A DNA stretch of 64,000 nt from Fimbriosthenelais zetlandica (taxonomy: Eukaryota): the NCBI GenBank assembly GCA_977030845.1, contig OZ365109.1, forward strand, positions 56,978,001 to 57,042,000. The letters are read 5' to 3'. The notes under the pieces are model-generated. The model made no database searches, had not been told where the DNA came from, and saw only the letters and a program-made list of their open reading frames with translations. Below, piece after piece: positions 1 through 13,700 of the stretch. Position numbers and translations under genes: made by a program. The first letter of the stretch is position 1. Every line of letters starts with the position of its first letter.

Positions 1-129
1 CGCTCCGGTAAAATGGATTATATTGAACTGATTTTCATGGATTGAAGCAGCATACCTGTAGCAAACTCAGTGATTAACTTTTCCCTGTCAACTGTGTGTG
101 ATTTTATCTGTGGAAATGCCTAAAACACT

Positions 130-1545
130 AATAACAATAACATTCACAATTTGACAACACTGAACATGGATACACACACAGGAGGCACAGGGCGGGGTAC
201 AACCACAACCCTAAACCTACAAGTTCCATGGATAGTAATTCTCCATGAGATAATGGATCTAACAAAGCCCCCACTGCAGGAATTACATCAGATCAGGAGG
301 AAATATCACTAGCTTAATTATATTTCACGGCAACTGAGTAAAATTGGAACAGAAGGGAAGACTAACACTGACAAGCTACAAGGTTTGCTCACAACATTAG
401 ATCAAAGACTCGACTGTCATATTCATGATTTTTCTGTGAAACATACTGAGCTTACAAAAAAAATGAGAAACTTGAAAACTGTCTGTCTGAGAAAGATGGG
501 ATTATCTCAGATCTCTCCAAAGAAATTGACAATCTGAAAAATGAAAATTCATTTCTAACCACCAAAACAGCGGATCTCGATAGAAGAATATCTTTCTTTG
601 AATCAGAAAAAAAGAAAAGTAACTTAGTCATTGTTGGGCTAACTGAAGAGGAAAATGGAGAACTAAGAGAAAAAATAAAGATTTATTCACTGACATGAGA
701 ATTGAAGAAGACATGGAAAACATGGTAACTTCAATATGTAGGTCAGGCAATAAAACGCCACAAAGGATTAGACCAGTTTACATCAAGCTTAAAACACCAG
801 CTCTGAAGTCGATAATCTTCAAAAGCGTCAAACATTTGAAGGGGATTGAAAGGTGGGAAAACACTTTCATAAATGAAGACCTAACTCCCACGGAGAATGC
901 GCAGAGGCGCGATCTACGGGCAATACATAAACTGGCTACTTCACAAGGGATTAGTTCCCCAGTAATTAGTAATTACGGCAGCGGTATTCTAATCGACGGC
1001 AGGCGCTTTACATATAGAGATATTGATAGATTACCCTATAATCTGTCACTGGAAGAAGCTAAAACAATCCAAACTGAGGACGGTGTGGCTTTCCAGTCAC
1101 ACCATTCATTCTTATCAAACATGTGGAATGGATGACCATATAGAAACTTGGTTTTTGGTGCATTGAGTGATAGAATAATGAATCTGAATTGGGCAGAATC
1201 TGAATCAGATTTCTAATGCAAATTGTGCTTGGGATTTCATTGAAAGCAATACACGGAAAATTTTAGATGAAATTTGCCCTGAACGTGAATTTCATGTCAG
1301 AAACATGAGGGACCCATGGGTCACTGATGAGTTACTCGAATAGTTTGAGGAAAAAGATGAAACTTTAGTAAAGGCAAAGAGGACAGGGCAAGAAGGGGAC
1401 TGGGTAAAAGCCCGTCTCCTACGTAATAATTGCATCAAATTGGCAAGAAAAGCGAGAGCTAATTACTTTAATGACTCATTAGATGAAGCTAAGAATGACC
1501 CATCAAAATGCTGGGATATACTAAAAGGAATATTCCCTGTTGATT
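130..1545 (+). mobile_element. Decayed, internally deleted non-LTR retrotransposon (CR1/L2/Crack-like): ORF1 remnant joined to an ORF2 inter-domain fragment
   Basis: ~471-1130 reads as coiled coil + NLVIVGLTE..(frameshift near 678)..RPVYIKL..TFINEDLT, the L1/transposase-22-type ORF1 pattern. ~1140-1540 reads LNW..AWDFIE..ICPER..DPWVTDELLE*..KARANYF..KNDPSKCWDILK, typical of the endonuclease-RT linker. Contains stops and frameshifts; boundaries approximate. Confidence 0.85.
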
Positions 1546-1606
1546 GAACTATAGGCAACAGATTGTTCTTGAATATTATTAATAAACATTTGTTTATTTT
1601 TTCCAG

Positions 1607-1721
1607 TTGTAGCTGCGTTACCCTGGTATGTAGGGTGTTACTATGGTTACCTGACGCCAACAGATGGGACTGCTGTTAGTAGCAGTCCCGCCCAATGTGC
1701 TGCCACCTGTTATAATGCAGG
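1607..1721 (+). CDS. PKD1L1: Exon 1 in window: start of WSC domain (VAALPWYVGCYYG...CAATCYNAG)
   Basis: Acceptor ttttttccag|, WSC signature YVGCY...C...C...G, donor gg|gtacct (weak), phases 1 to 2. Confidence 0.85.
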
Positions 1722-4700
1722 GTACCTATCCTCTAAATTATCTACTATTTATCTATTTAAACGTTAATTTCCCTTCTTAGAAATATTGTAATGTTTAAAT
1801 ATGAAGCTTTATTTTGTTATTTCTTGAAAGTCAAATTTATAAATTGTAAAGTTTAAACATGTCAATGTAATTTTGGAATACATTTTTAAAATATAAATTT
1901 TTAAAGATATTGATTGTGTAATCTAAGAGATTTGTCCAAGTAATGAATAGATCTACAACCTGTCTATTCCTAATATGATTTAATAACAAGAGGTTTGATT
2001 AATACGTTCACTCGTTTAGGTTTCCATATGCTGAAATACATGAAAATCAACATTGTTCTTGTAAAGGAACGATAACAAATAATAACTCAACACATTGCAT
2101 AAGGTAGGTTCTTTCCTTTTTCTTTTTTCTGTACAAAATATGTCTACATGTATTAACCAATATTAACCAGTTTTTTTTTCTCGATTTCCCTTCAAACATA
2201 CTTTCTATAGCAGGGTTTTATTTATTTCAGATGCCAAAATTTCCCAGACTTATGGTGTGGTGGCCATCAGTCGCTTGCCCTGTACAGATCTCGAGGACCC
2301 TATATACTGAACGCTACCATACGAATCCTTCATGAACAACCTCTCTATGTCTATGACAAAAACATACTTCACATTGGTGTTACATTCGCTGCACTTCCAA
2401 ATTTCACAATAGGTAAGAGAAATTTTATAGTCAATACTATAAAAGTGCACGTAACGTAGACCTCCAGGTTCTCTCCGTATTTTAAAATTTCGGTTGAAAT
2501 AGAAGAGGAAACCCCCTAGGGGCCCTACAAAAGTATTAAAATCGGTATGGTAGTCAGATAAAAGGGGTCGTTTAGGGATGTGGTATTTCATATGAAACGC
2601 TAGGTTTCTCCACCAGATGGAAACAGTGTAACACATTGCTGCTTGTAGGTATGCCAAATACTTTCTGGGAGTCCACAATAAAAAGATGAAATTGGACATG
2701 CTGGTAGTTCTCATAAAATTATGAACAAAGCTCTTTGCCATTTTTTAATCGAATAATTCTATATAATTCTGTATGACAGATAGCGAAAGAAAAAGAACCT
2801 ATTTTCTACATTTCTAAAGCTTTATTCACTCGAGAACCTAAAACCGGTTGAATCATTTTTGGAATGTTGGGAATTAGACTATTATTTACTAAATGAATTG
2901 TCTGTTTGTGTTCTGATGATTGGGTCCAGTCTGCTGGAGACCCTATCTGTTTCATGGTGTAACCACCATGTATACGAGCCTGTCACACTAAATATTTTTA
3001 ACAAAGTTCGTTTGTAAATCTTTTCTAGGCTTACCAGATTCTGATTTGGAGGATCGAGTTAGAACTCTCAACCTCACACTCTTTCTTGATGGTCAATCCA
3101 AAAACATAGAAGAGGAGGCGAACGACATATACTTTGAGGAAAATGATGAATTTACATTTTCAAGAAGTGGCAGTTTTATTATTGGTAAGTATAGATCTGC
3201 ATTTTGTTTTTCCCCTGTTTTATTGGGTGCTTTTTCTGCTGTAGTGTTGAGATTTAATTTTGATTCCTCTCCCTCCTCCCTTACCCTCCCCTTCCCTCCC
3301 CTCCCAACTCCAAGGATATCGCACTACATGTATATGAAGAAATTCACCAAATGGATTCGTCCGAATTCTATCTTCATAGTATAGAATTCTATCTTCATAT
3401 TATAGTGATTTAAAAAAAGAGTTTAACAGCGAGTTAATGAAAGCAATGGTGATCTCTAACATTTTGGTCATTAAATGCGGTGAATAGAGAAAAAAGTCTG
3501 AGTTGGAAAATCGGGTTAATGTAAATGAGTCTTAACCCTGGTTATAGTGCATGGTCCCGCCCTGGGATTACTAACACACTGTGAACGCCCCTTCTCTCCC
3601 TCCTATCTCTCCCCTCTCCTTTACCGTAATCTAATAATACGACCCGCACTATCTTTTCGAAAGCAAATTCCTGTCTTGCAGCTCGTTCAATATTGACATT
3701 GGTTGCCATGATCGCGTGGGGTTGTTTGACGAAGCGATCGAGGATCTATGGTCGACAACGGTTCCGAATTAAGTCAGTGTTGAGGGAGCTGAGGATGGGT
3801 GAAGGATGCCTTTCTTTAAACTGCCTGGGGATTATCACACTGGCAGACGACAGAGATTCCCTGCCTTCTCTCCGTAGAACAATACCACCCCTCCACTTGG
3901 CCAATCTTTTTTCTCCGCCCCTTAGCTGCTTTTAAATTCATATTGCCAAACAATGCGTGAACTGAGATTAAAAGGGCCACCTCGTTTGGCTGATTAACTT
4001 GCGGCAGCATAATTCCCAGAATAACATTAACTTCCTCGGGAGATTGGTGGAAAATCAAAGGTTAATTCGTGCAGGATGGGAATTTCATAAGGGAATTTCA
4101 TAAGATATCGCCCTTCCTGGTGGCAAGTGCTATTCTTTCATCCTAAACAGACCGCGGCTGAGACAACTTTTATGCTACCCCTGAAATTAGTTGTCCATAA
4201 GATTAACATTGGACCTTGATATCCTGAAGGCTGGTGATATCACGATAATTATGGTATCAACTGCCCCGGGTACTACAACTCTTCCTTAAATTGTGGCTGA
4301 TATTTTAAACACACTAGATTCCCCATATATAAATTTAATTCGTGATAAATTCGACGATAAATAACAAATGATATATTCTGGTGGCCATATTTTCGTCACT
4401 TGCTGGGTTCTATTTTTCTACTATTGTATCTCAAATATCATTGTCACATTCAAGTTTTCTTCAGTGATGGTAATTTAAATTTTCTAAGATCTAGGCACCT
4501 GGGGATGTTGTCTGGTGCCCTTATAAGATCAGTGGTGATTGTCTTTTTTTAGCTATAGCTACTGTCTCATTTAAACCAAATTAGCCTAGACTGGGGCTTG
4601 ACTCTGTCTGTGTGCTTCCTTTCAGGCCTACATGCAGCTAATGCTGTTTCCAGCTTCTCCACTACAGTCAATGTTACTGTCCAACACCAAGTTCCATCCA

Positions 4701-7700
4701 AGCTTCACGTTACCATGGGAACAACAAATTCCAGTCAACCTTCCTGCCGACCAGAGAATGCCACCCTCTCTGAGCATGTCTCAACGCGCCTGGTCTTCGC
4801 CAATGAAACTGTTCGTTTCGTGGCTTCCGTCAGTACAGGATACAACGTGACTTTTGATTGGTTATATGGCGATGGCCTCAACATGACAGATGAACCATAT
4901 CTCAAGGGATGCGACGAGATCCACTGTCGCTCAAGTGAAACGGTGAGATTAAACATGATTGTATATCTTATATTTGCTGGGGTTAGCCTACGTATCTCCC
5001 CGGGGACTATATTCCAGGCGTAGGTATACATCACAACGATGTACAGGCGATTAATAAAACGATTTCTCGTCTGCTCGTGACTGTTGTATATCACTGCGAT
5101 CATTTACCCTTTGCTTTTCCCTGGGCACCCTTCTTGTTGTGATTTCATTCTTCTATGCTTACTTTCTGAATGTAGCGGCTTACAACATATTCCACTTACA
5201 CAAACCTGGATTGTTTCAAAGATTGGGACATGATTTAGCAGATAAAGTAAATTATGGGCTCCTTCCTCATTAAAACTCCACATCTTAGATGCCCAGGAGA
5301 GGTAGACACTCAAGAAACTTTATGGACCCGTTTTAAGCCAGCTTGTTTGTGGTCTTTCCCCTCAAGACCAAGATCTCGATCTTGGTGATATGTGACTCTG
5401 ATACAAAAGAAAAAATAATGGAAGGAGAAGCCATGTTTTCTATTCATCTTGTCTGATGCATACCATGGCATGCAATATGGTCTCAAGATTGTTATTGCGA
5501 AAATGATGTTGGAAAGCTGATGATGCGAGGCAGCTCGAGTCATTGTGTTCAACCACCATTGATGGTTTTCCTGCCTTGTCCAACAGCTATTGGCTAATTC
5601 TCACCATGAAGAGGTCCCGCAATGCATAGCTAAAACCCCGCTGTTTATTGAACTTAGGGTGCTAAGAGTGAAGATGGATTACGTTGACTTTCTCTCTGAG
5701 CAATGAGAACAATTCATAACCCCACTTGTCGGCTCTTTGATCACCGGCCAAGTTTTAGCCGTAAATCAGTATGGGCTAGCCATGTCATGGTTAAAAACCC
5801 AGCATAAGTCATGAGGTTACACCGCGGGTGCGAGGACCGAGGCTATTGACATGCAGAAAGGTGTGTGGGTCCTGATTGGTGCACACATTATTATTCTAAA
5901 GAGCGCATGCGCACACCGAAGGCAACAAAGTTAGCCTCGCCGTAATGACGCGGAATCAAAGCCTCGCCCACCGCGAGACAGCCAGGATCAACGTGATTTT
6001 GAAAAAAAAACTGAGGGCGGGAGGAAAATGCTTTTTAAGTCGCGATCGATATCCTTCAATTAACATTTAACATGAACATGTAAGGATAGGGTCACGTCAG
6101 GCCTCATTGCCTCTCTGCATGTTTTAAATACAGAGTTGCAACAGTGTTGTTGTTCTCCAGCTGTGCAGTATAATAGCCAGCTTTACTTTCCATATCAAAC
6201 ACCACACACTGAATTACGGTGTTGACAAAGCTATTGTGAATATCCCAGCACCAAATATGCTTTCCGTAGGAAAGCTATTTATAATGATTGATGATATTAT
6301 TTTGTGAAGAAGGACCTACTACGCAGATTTGATTCTAGCTTCCATTTCGTGGCCTAGCCCTATTATAGTAAACATTGTCATTTGATATTCAAGTTATATT
6401 ACCAGATTTATGCTTTGCAGCATTTCCTTATCTTCCTGCCGTCCTACCTCTCCGTAGGCTTCCTACCGTACATTGTTTGAGTAAGATTGCCCATTACCTA
6501 GCGACAAAAAACCATCTTAAACCACCACGTCTACCAATGGCTACCGACGTGTAATAGGTGGAAAAGGGGGAGAAATCTGGCTGACATTAGGGGAATCAGT
6601 AGTGATTTAGCCTGCTTGCATAAATCACATCGTAAAACGGCCATGTTTTAAGCTGAGTACAAACGCCAGACCTGCCTTAGATAATAGACCAAAGGGAATA
6701 CAAGATCAACCGTGCTTGTTAGGGCTAAAGTTGGCCATTAATGAAGGAATCCGTCACCATGAAACAGGCTCATCTATATTGTATAGACCACACACCACTG
6801 TGTAGTGTTCTACTAATGGTCCCCTTAGTTTGTATAGTGTCACAGCTGAATGCATGGTAATATGCCAGCACTATGGAAGTTGCCATTTGTTGTCATCACA
6901 CATTGCAAACATCATTATGCTGCATGACAATCAAATCCTTTGTTATCAGCTAATCCATACAAGCAAAGTTGGGTGATGAACCTCCTAGTCTCTACTGAAG
7001 GCTCAATGCTGTCGATGTGAGTGTTCTCAGGGGTTGACTCGGTACCATGTTGTTCTCAACAATGTGCAAGTCACAGGATTTACTTGAAAAAAGAATGCAG
7101 AACACTCAAGGCACATTTTTTAGCCTGAAAAGCAATTTTTAACAAACTGATTTACACAAATTTCCCTGAATTTATAATTATTGAGAGACGATGCACAAAA
7201 AAGCACACTCACAGGCACTGAATTCTTGTTAGAAAGTGTCGAGTTACTAAAACTTTTGTGTGGATGACCAGTTTTAGGCCAACCAGATTTTCGAAGGAAA
7301 GGGAAAATTGGGCTTCATTTTGCTCAGTTTCACTGTACAGTACATATATTGGATGACATAAAGACCAACTCTGTTGGATTATCCTGAATACAGAGATGAA
7401 CCTTGTAAGTGGGTTATACACCGGTAAGGCTGCCTGACCCTCGCTCCACATCCACACCACCAGAGGCCGTGATTTACCTCATTCTTACCATCACTACACG
7501 TGTGACATCTTCACCTAGGTAGTGATCAGTGGGCGGTAAGAGGAAGGAAACAAAATTCATTCAGGCAGGCTTGTCACGCACCAACACCCGGCTGCTTCCT
7601 GGTGTATCCTTGTGTCCCTGAATTCATGCGCATATCACTCCACCAACTCTATCTTCCATGTCTTCATACACATCTCAAAATCCAGTTTCTGCTATGACGT

Positions 7701-10700
7701 TTCCTTAATTTTCCTTAAAGTTCATGGCTATAGTATGTATTTGTACGAATAGTAAATAGTAGTACATGGAATTGATGGCTATGGCATTATAGTGCTATAG
7801 AAAATTGATGGGTATGGCGAACTAGTAGTATAGGAAATTGATGGCTATGGCAAACTAGTATTATAGGGTATTGATTGCTATGGCAAAGTGGTAGTATCGG
7901 AAATGAATCGCTATGGTAAACTAGTACTATAGTATAGGGAATTAATTGCTATAGCAAAGTAGTACTGTAGTATAGGGAATTGATCTCTATGGCAAACTAG
8001 TAGTATAGGGAATTGATGGCTATGGCATACTAGTAGTATAGGGAATTGATGGCTATGGGATACTAGTAGTAGAGAGAATTTATCTCTATGGCAAACTGGT
8101 AGTATAAGGAATTGATGGCTATGCTATACTAGTAGTATAGGGAATTGATGGCTATGTCATACTAGTAGTATAGGGAATTGATGGCTATGGCAAACTAGTA
8201 GTATATGGCATTGATGTCTTTGGTAAACTAGTAGTAGCCTATATGAAATTGATGGCTATAGCAAACTAGTAGTACGGGAAATCTTGTCTAAAGCAGACAT
8301 TGTCAGAAGGCAATACGTCTGGCTTTGGTGAAACCTTGTTGAACCACAATACTCAAGAGAGTGTATCTCTGATTTCAACATGAACTTTTGGCTTATCTTG
8401 AGTCATCTTTTGAGTCGTGGATAGATGGGGACATGGTCTTCGTGTACACACGTGCTATCATGCCTGATTCTCTACTGCCATCCTGGGACGCCCACTTGTC
8501 ACATTAAACGGCCCAGATTGGCGGTTATTTCAAACGTGCATTGCTCCTGTTCTGATCTGCCTTTTTTCGGTCGCTTTCTTCCAACCATCTCGCGGCGTTG
8601 AATAGCTGGAGAGAGCCATCTGGCGAGTGTATCGTGTACCAAGGGGTCCGCTGGCTGGCATGGACAGATAACGCTGATAAAAATATGTTCCCATAAACAG
8701 CGATCTCGTGATGAAGATAATCACGCAAGTCTCTGAGATTAGACTCTGGGGCTTGGTTCTGTATAACGCTCATTTTGACCGCTAATACTTGTGGCGTCGA
8801 AAAGAAAAATTCACAATGTCTCAATTTGACTGTCAGCTCCTTGGTATGACAGTGCTTGAAGGACAGATAATATATATTTGTGGAGGACAATCGACTATAA
8901 TATTATTATCAACTATAATGTGCCGTATGCAAAGCAAAATTGCTCAATGCTGGTCCTTATACATTGGACTGGGATTTTGGTGCTTACAAAATGTGCAGCT
9001 CTTAGTAATATTTGACTCTAGATTGGTATTACATATCCCCGGTTTTCGCCTAAAATTCGGTGTCGCCTGCTTGCCATTGCACTTCATGATCCTTTCCTAA
9101 AATCCTTCTCAAAGGGGGGCGATCACCTTGATAGTTGTTGATATGGGCCTTTGCGATATCAACAGGGTTCATGGAATGTCTCCTCGTGGGTTAAATGGTT
9201 ATCTGTATCATTTCATACTGCTGTGCACTTCAGGCATTTGAAGTTGGTGATGTGTTATTCTTAAAAGGCACTATCAAAAAAAATAGTCTGTATTCTTTAC
9301 TCTGTTGAAAAAATATAGCTGCTCCGTTCTCAACAATTATTACAAGTTTTGATACTGGAAATGTATGCATGTATTAAAATTTTAGAATTTTAAGTATGAA
9401 GAGTCACTGAAAATCCTTCATACAGTGAGACTATTTGACGGTTGTCGATATGTATCAGTTTCTGGTGCAGTCACTGATTTGAGGAGTTAATTTGATTATT
9501 ATGATTTTCCCCTTAGGCGTGTCAGGATCAATAATGGCTGCACAGATTGGTGGAAAATATGGTAATGGTGTGGAATGCCTGTGTGATTAACGTATTAAAG
9601 CCAAATATCAATGCTTATAGGTACAATTAGGACTGCCTCCCTCATTCTGCTCGTGATATTCTTTTCTGAGGCCTTACTTATAACAGGCCACCATTAGCCA
9701 CATTAACAGGCAAAACACATCTCACAGTCGGCATTAAAGGACAAACTTAATAGTGTAATTGAAATGCTGAGTAGGCAGAGGGACATCTGTCAAACGTCAG
9801 TAAACAGCCCTTCGTGACCGCTTTCATTTCCGCTCAACGCAAATCAACTAATAAAGTGATTGATTAATTTCATCTACCGGATTCGAAAAAGTACTTTTAG
9901 TCCAATTCACCGTTATGAATGATTCTGGTGCTGGGGTATAGACAGAGTGGTAACCATTTAGAAATACAAAATGATGGATTGGAGGTGGGATCGAGCCCAT
10001 GGAAAATCACTCGACCAATTACATTACTCCCACTTGCTTTCCAAGTATATACACGTATTAGAGGTAAATGCTTCTTTTTCTGGCCAATGCATGCATATTA
10101 TTCAAGGCCTATATATCACAGTCAAGACTCATACTGTTATTTCACAGTTATTCTGTGCTAAGAGGTTTTGACATTACAATTTCCATTACAAATATTACTA
10201 CTCAGAAATATTAAATCAGAACTTATGTAGAGGAAAGAAACAGAACGTCATGTAGAAAAAATGTATAAATTTCCATAAACATTTACCAATTACCAATTGT
10301 TTTTTGAAATGGTAAAAATTGTTGCTTTCTCTTGACACGAGTTCTGATTTACCTTAAAAGTAACACAGATTGTAACAGCGAGGGGCCGTAACTTGATACA
10401 AAATTCATTTGTCAAATACGAGACCCCTGCTGAGAAGAAGTACCATTAACTCTTACAGGTAAGATTTGAGGCATTCTGTAATTGGAGACTAATTTGGGCT
10501 AAAAAAAAACATGGCTTACCAAAAGCGATAATTTGGAACGAACGGTTCCAACACTGAAGCGTATGAAACTTTGCCAAGAAAATGTTTCGTGCCAAAAGCG
10601 ATGTATAGAATATTCTCGGGCTTCATTACTATGACAGGAATCAGTGTTATTAATAGAAGATGAATTGTTTCACTTTAATAATGGATTTGACCTTCATTAT

Positions 10701-13700
10701 ATGTCCCTGATGAAGGTAAGTTGAAAAGAATAACATGATATAGCAATCCTTCAGGTGTCCATGAAGGGGACTAACATGTGGAAGGTCTTCTCTATTTCTG
10801 CCAGTAGGGAGAAGGGAGGCGAGGTCTGTAGTTAATCGCTCGTTACCGGAATAGCAGCTCTTAATGAGTGTACTAACGACCTTGGTGATAAAGAGACATG
10901 ATGAGATCACCTTGCATACAGGCTTGGTTTAGATATTCGGTTTCAAGAGCAGAACAGTGCAAAACAATATTTTCCTAATACATTTTTTTATCGCTATAAA
11001 TTATACTAGAGTTTCCAAATAATCATTTGTATGGGACTGCTTTAAAAATGTTAATATATTCGTGTATGCGTGCAATGGCTTGGCCGGAGAGCATCAGTTT
11101 CTACTGGTCCTGAGCTTACTGACTGAGTATCTATGTCCCACCCAGTGAATCACACGAGTAATGTTAATTCCATTAATATTCTTTCGGCAGCAACAATAAG
11201 CAATTCTGCTGAATTTGAAAACATTTCATGTATTGAATTTGATCCTCGTAATTAGTTAATTTTTAACCCAGTTTCTCATTGATAATTATGTCTTTTCAGC
11301 ATCATCTCTACCAGTACCCGGGGAAATATATGCTCCAAGTCATTGGCCATAATGAGCACGGCAGTACAAACGACACCATTCAGCTTGTAAGTTGAACTTT
11401 TCCTTCTGTTTAATGAGTACAGTCTGTAGAGGATAGTACTATTCCATTTCTCTTTAGTCTATGGATAGAAATTAATTGGAAGGTCCACGCAGACATACTC
11501 TTGAATGTTGAGATAAAAATATTTAGAAATATATTAATTAATGACATGTAATCTATGTCAGACCTTATTTTGTGTCAGACCTTTAGTATCTAACTTGGCA
11601 AGTCAACTTTCACTTGCGAGTGGGTTAAAAAAAATGTGAATTTGAAAGAAGTATATGCACATGGGCTATATCCCCAGGGAACATTAGTCAGGTCTGTGGT
11701 AATTGATGGAGTTAGCTTTCAGTTTTCCTCATCCATTGAATAGAAATTCACAATGGGATATCATTGAGTGTTAATCATGTGGAGAAATGCCATAAATACT
11801 CCATATTCTAGTTGAATGGAAGCCATTCAAACGCCACTAATGATTATCAATTAAGGGCAATTTAACACACACTGCATGATGTGCTGAATGAGATAAATAG
11901 TGCCCATACCTATAGTATTTGGTTACAATGGGAATTGACCGGCCAGGCTTGGGCTATTTCTACCCAGTCAGGGAGTCCTATATATGTGCCGTGTTTTCTA
12001 TCACACCTAATCATGATAAGACATGGGTTCCATTGCCCCCCATCTCTTCTTCGAACCAGGCCAGAACAAATCTCAAGCCCCCTGACCAGTGATCAGGTGG
12101 GCCAGAGGCAACCCAGATCGATGTTTGCTACTCCTACAGGAACGGCTGCATTAAGGAAGACATTCGCTACAATCCATCACAAAATAACTAGCCAATCAGA
12201 GCACAGCTTTCCATTCGCTGTGGTGTATGCGTGTGCGGACCTGGTCTCATTATTTGCTGCGAACCGTGACCTAGCGTGCCTTGCACTGGATAAAGCAGTA
12301 ATTTAACCAGTGAATCCCTTTCTTCATTATGAACATGTCGGCCTCTCACACCCTTAAGACAACAGAGCTCCCCAGTAAGCTCATAATGGAGAGCCTGCGC
12401 ACGACTCTCACCTTGCCGCTTAGAGGTTTATCAGTGTCGGCAGTGGGTTCTCAGTCCAAACACGACATTGGTGGCAAGGTGGAGGCTGGAAACATGAGGG
12501 GAATCCTCCCTAGCTTGTTACCCGTGGATTGGAGGGATAGAAGGGGCTGTTAGAACCTACTATAGACAGATTGTGCACCTGGGGTAAGAACCTAGGGGGC
12601 TTATAAACCAATTTACATAGGTTTGCTGGTACTTATGCCTCATAGGTCCTGCAAAGAGATTAGGTGTATACGTTCAAAGCACTTTTATGTTTTACCTATC
12701 GAGGCCAATCTCTCCCCTTCTCATTGTTATTTGTTATATTATATGACTCTTTATAGTCCTGAAGCTAAGTGAATTTCTGTCATCTCAAATCTGCTGAGGT
12801 TGGTTGAATGTGTTGGGTTTAACATAACACCAGCAGCCAGGATCATATCGCAAAACTCCGAAACGCGATTCAACCAACGTATTATGACTAATATATTGAG
12901 GGCAATTATATTTCCTGCCGTTGTGATTAGGTCCATCTTTGTGATGCAAGATTAGATCCATCTTTATATTGATGGTCAGTTTAGTATACAATATTGGTCT
13001 CCCACCCATGTCCCTTGAGGGACTGATGCCATAACAGGTCCCATGCAGGTCAACAAGTCATTAGATGCAGCTTTTGTGCCCACCTCTCCAATATTGCTCT
13101 TGGGATCAATATTCTTAATCTAAATGCTTATTGTTGTAAATATTGGACCTCTCTTACTGTGTTTCACTATATTGCCTGTCACTAGAGTGAGTTTGGCTCC
13201 TGGCCAGGATCTCCTGGGACTGAGTGGAGGAGGAGCAATGAGAGAAATGTCAGAGACTAAAGTAGTCCGTCTTGTGATTCAGTCGAGTTACCGGTAGGCA
13301 TGCGGAGGGATCTATTTATGTCAGAGAAGCAGCCTCTGGCCTTCCCGCTGACCAAGCGCACTTATTTTAGGGGTTGAAGAAGCAGCTCACCAAAATAGGC
13401 CTCTTGCTCTGACAGCTGATCAATTTCTGACTGGTTGTCATGGAGATAGCATCTGACCGGCTGGCTAGTGATGCTGGCAGGTCCATTACTAGGCAATCAA
13501 TGCGCCCATGTTAGAGGTGGTCAGTCAGTAGCCAAGGCTTGGACAGCAGTGTCCACTTAACACCGACATGGATGGACACTGAAGACCAGCTAGCCTGTCT
13601 CCCATCTGAACTTTGACCCCAGCCATAGATAATCCACTGTCGTCCATTGACCCTCGTAATATCCACATTTCATCACGGAACCTGGAAGACATCTGGGCCG

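Noticed and set aside
2250-2741. 163-aa minus-strand ORF
   Set aside because: It overlaps exon 3 in antisense plus intron sequence, with no recognisable motifs.
3266-3305. Polypyrimidine C-rich tract as a triplex/G4 analogue of the human PKD1 intron 21 tract
   Set aside because: It is only about 40 bp, which is ordinary low complexity; the human tract is kilobases long.
4078-4103. Tandem GGGAATTTCATAA as paired NF-kB sites
   Set aside because: It is a simple 13-bp duplication with an imperfect kB match and no other support.
4709-4722. Perfect X-box match GTTACCATGGGAAC
   Set aside because: It lies within coding exon 5 (VTMGT), and a few such matches are expected by chance in 64 kb.
7758-8280. 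33-bp repeat as a CRISPR array or as a coding repeat (minus strand reads PILLVCHSHQF)
   Set aside because: Units are contiguous with no unique spacers, the context is eukaryotic, no cas genes are present, and 5-bp insertions break the frame.
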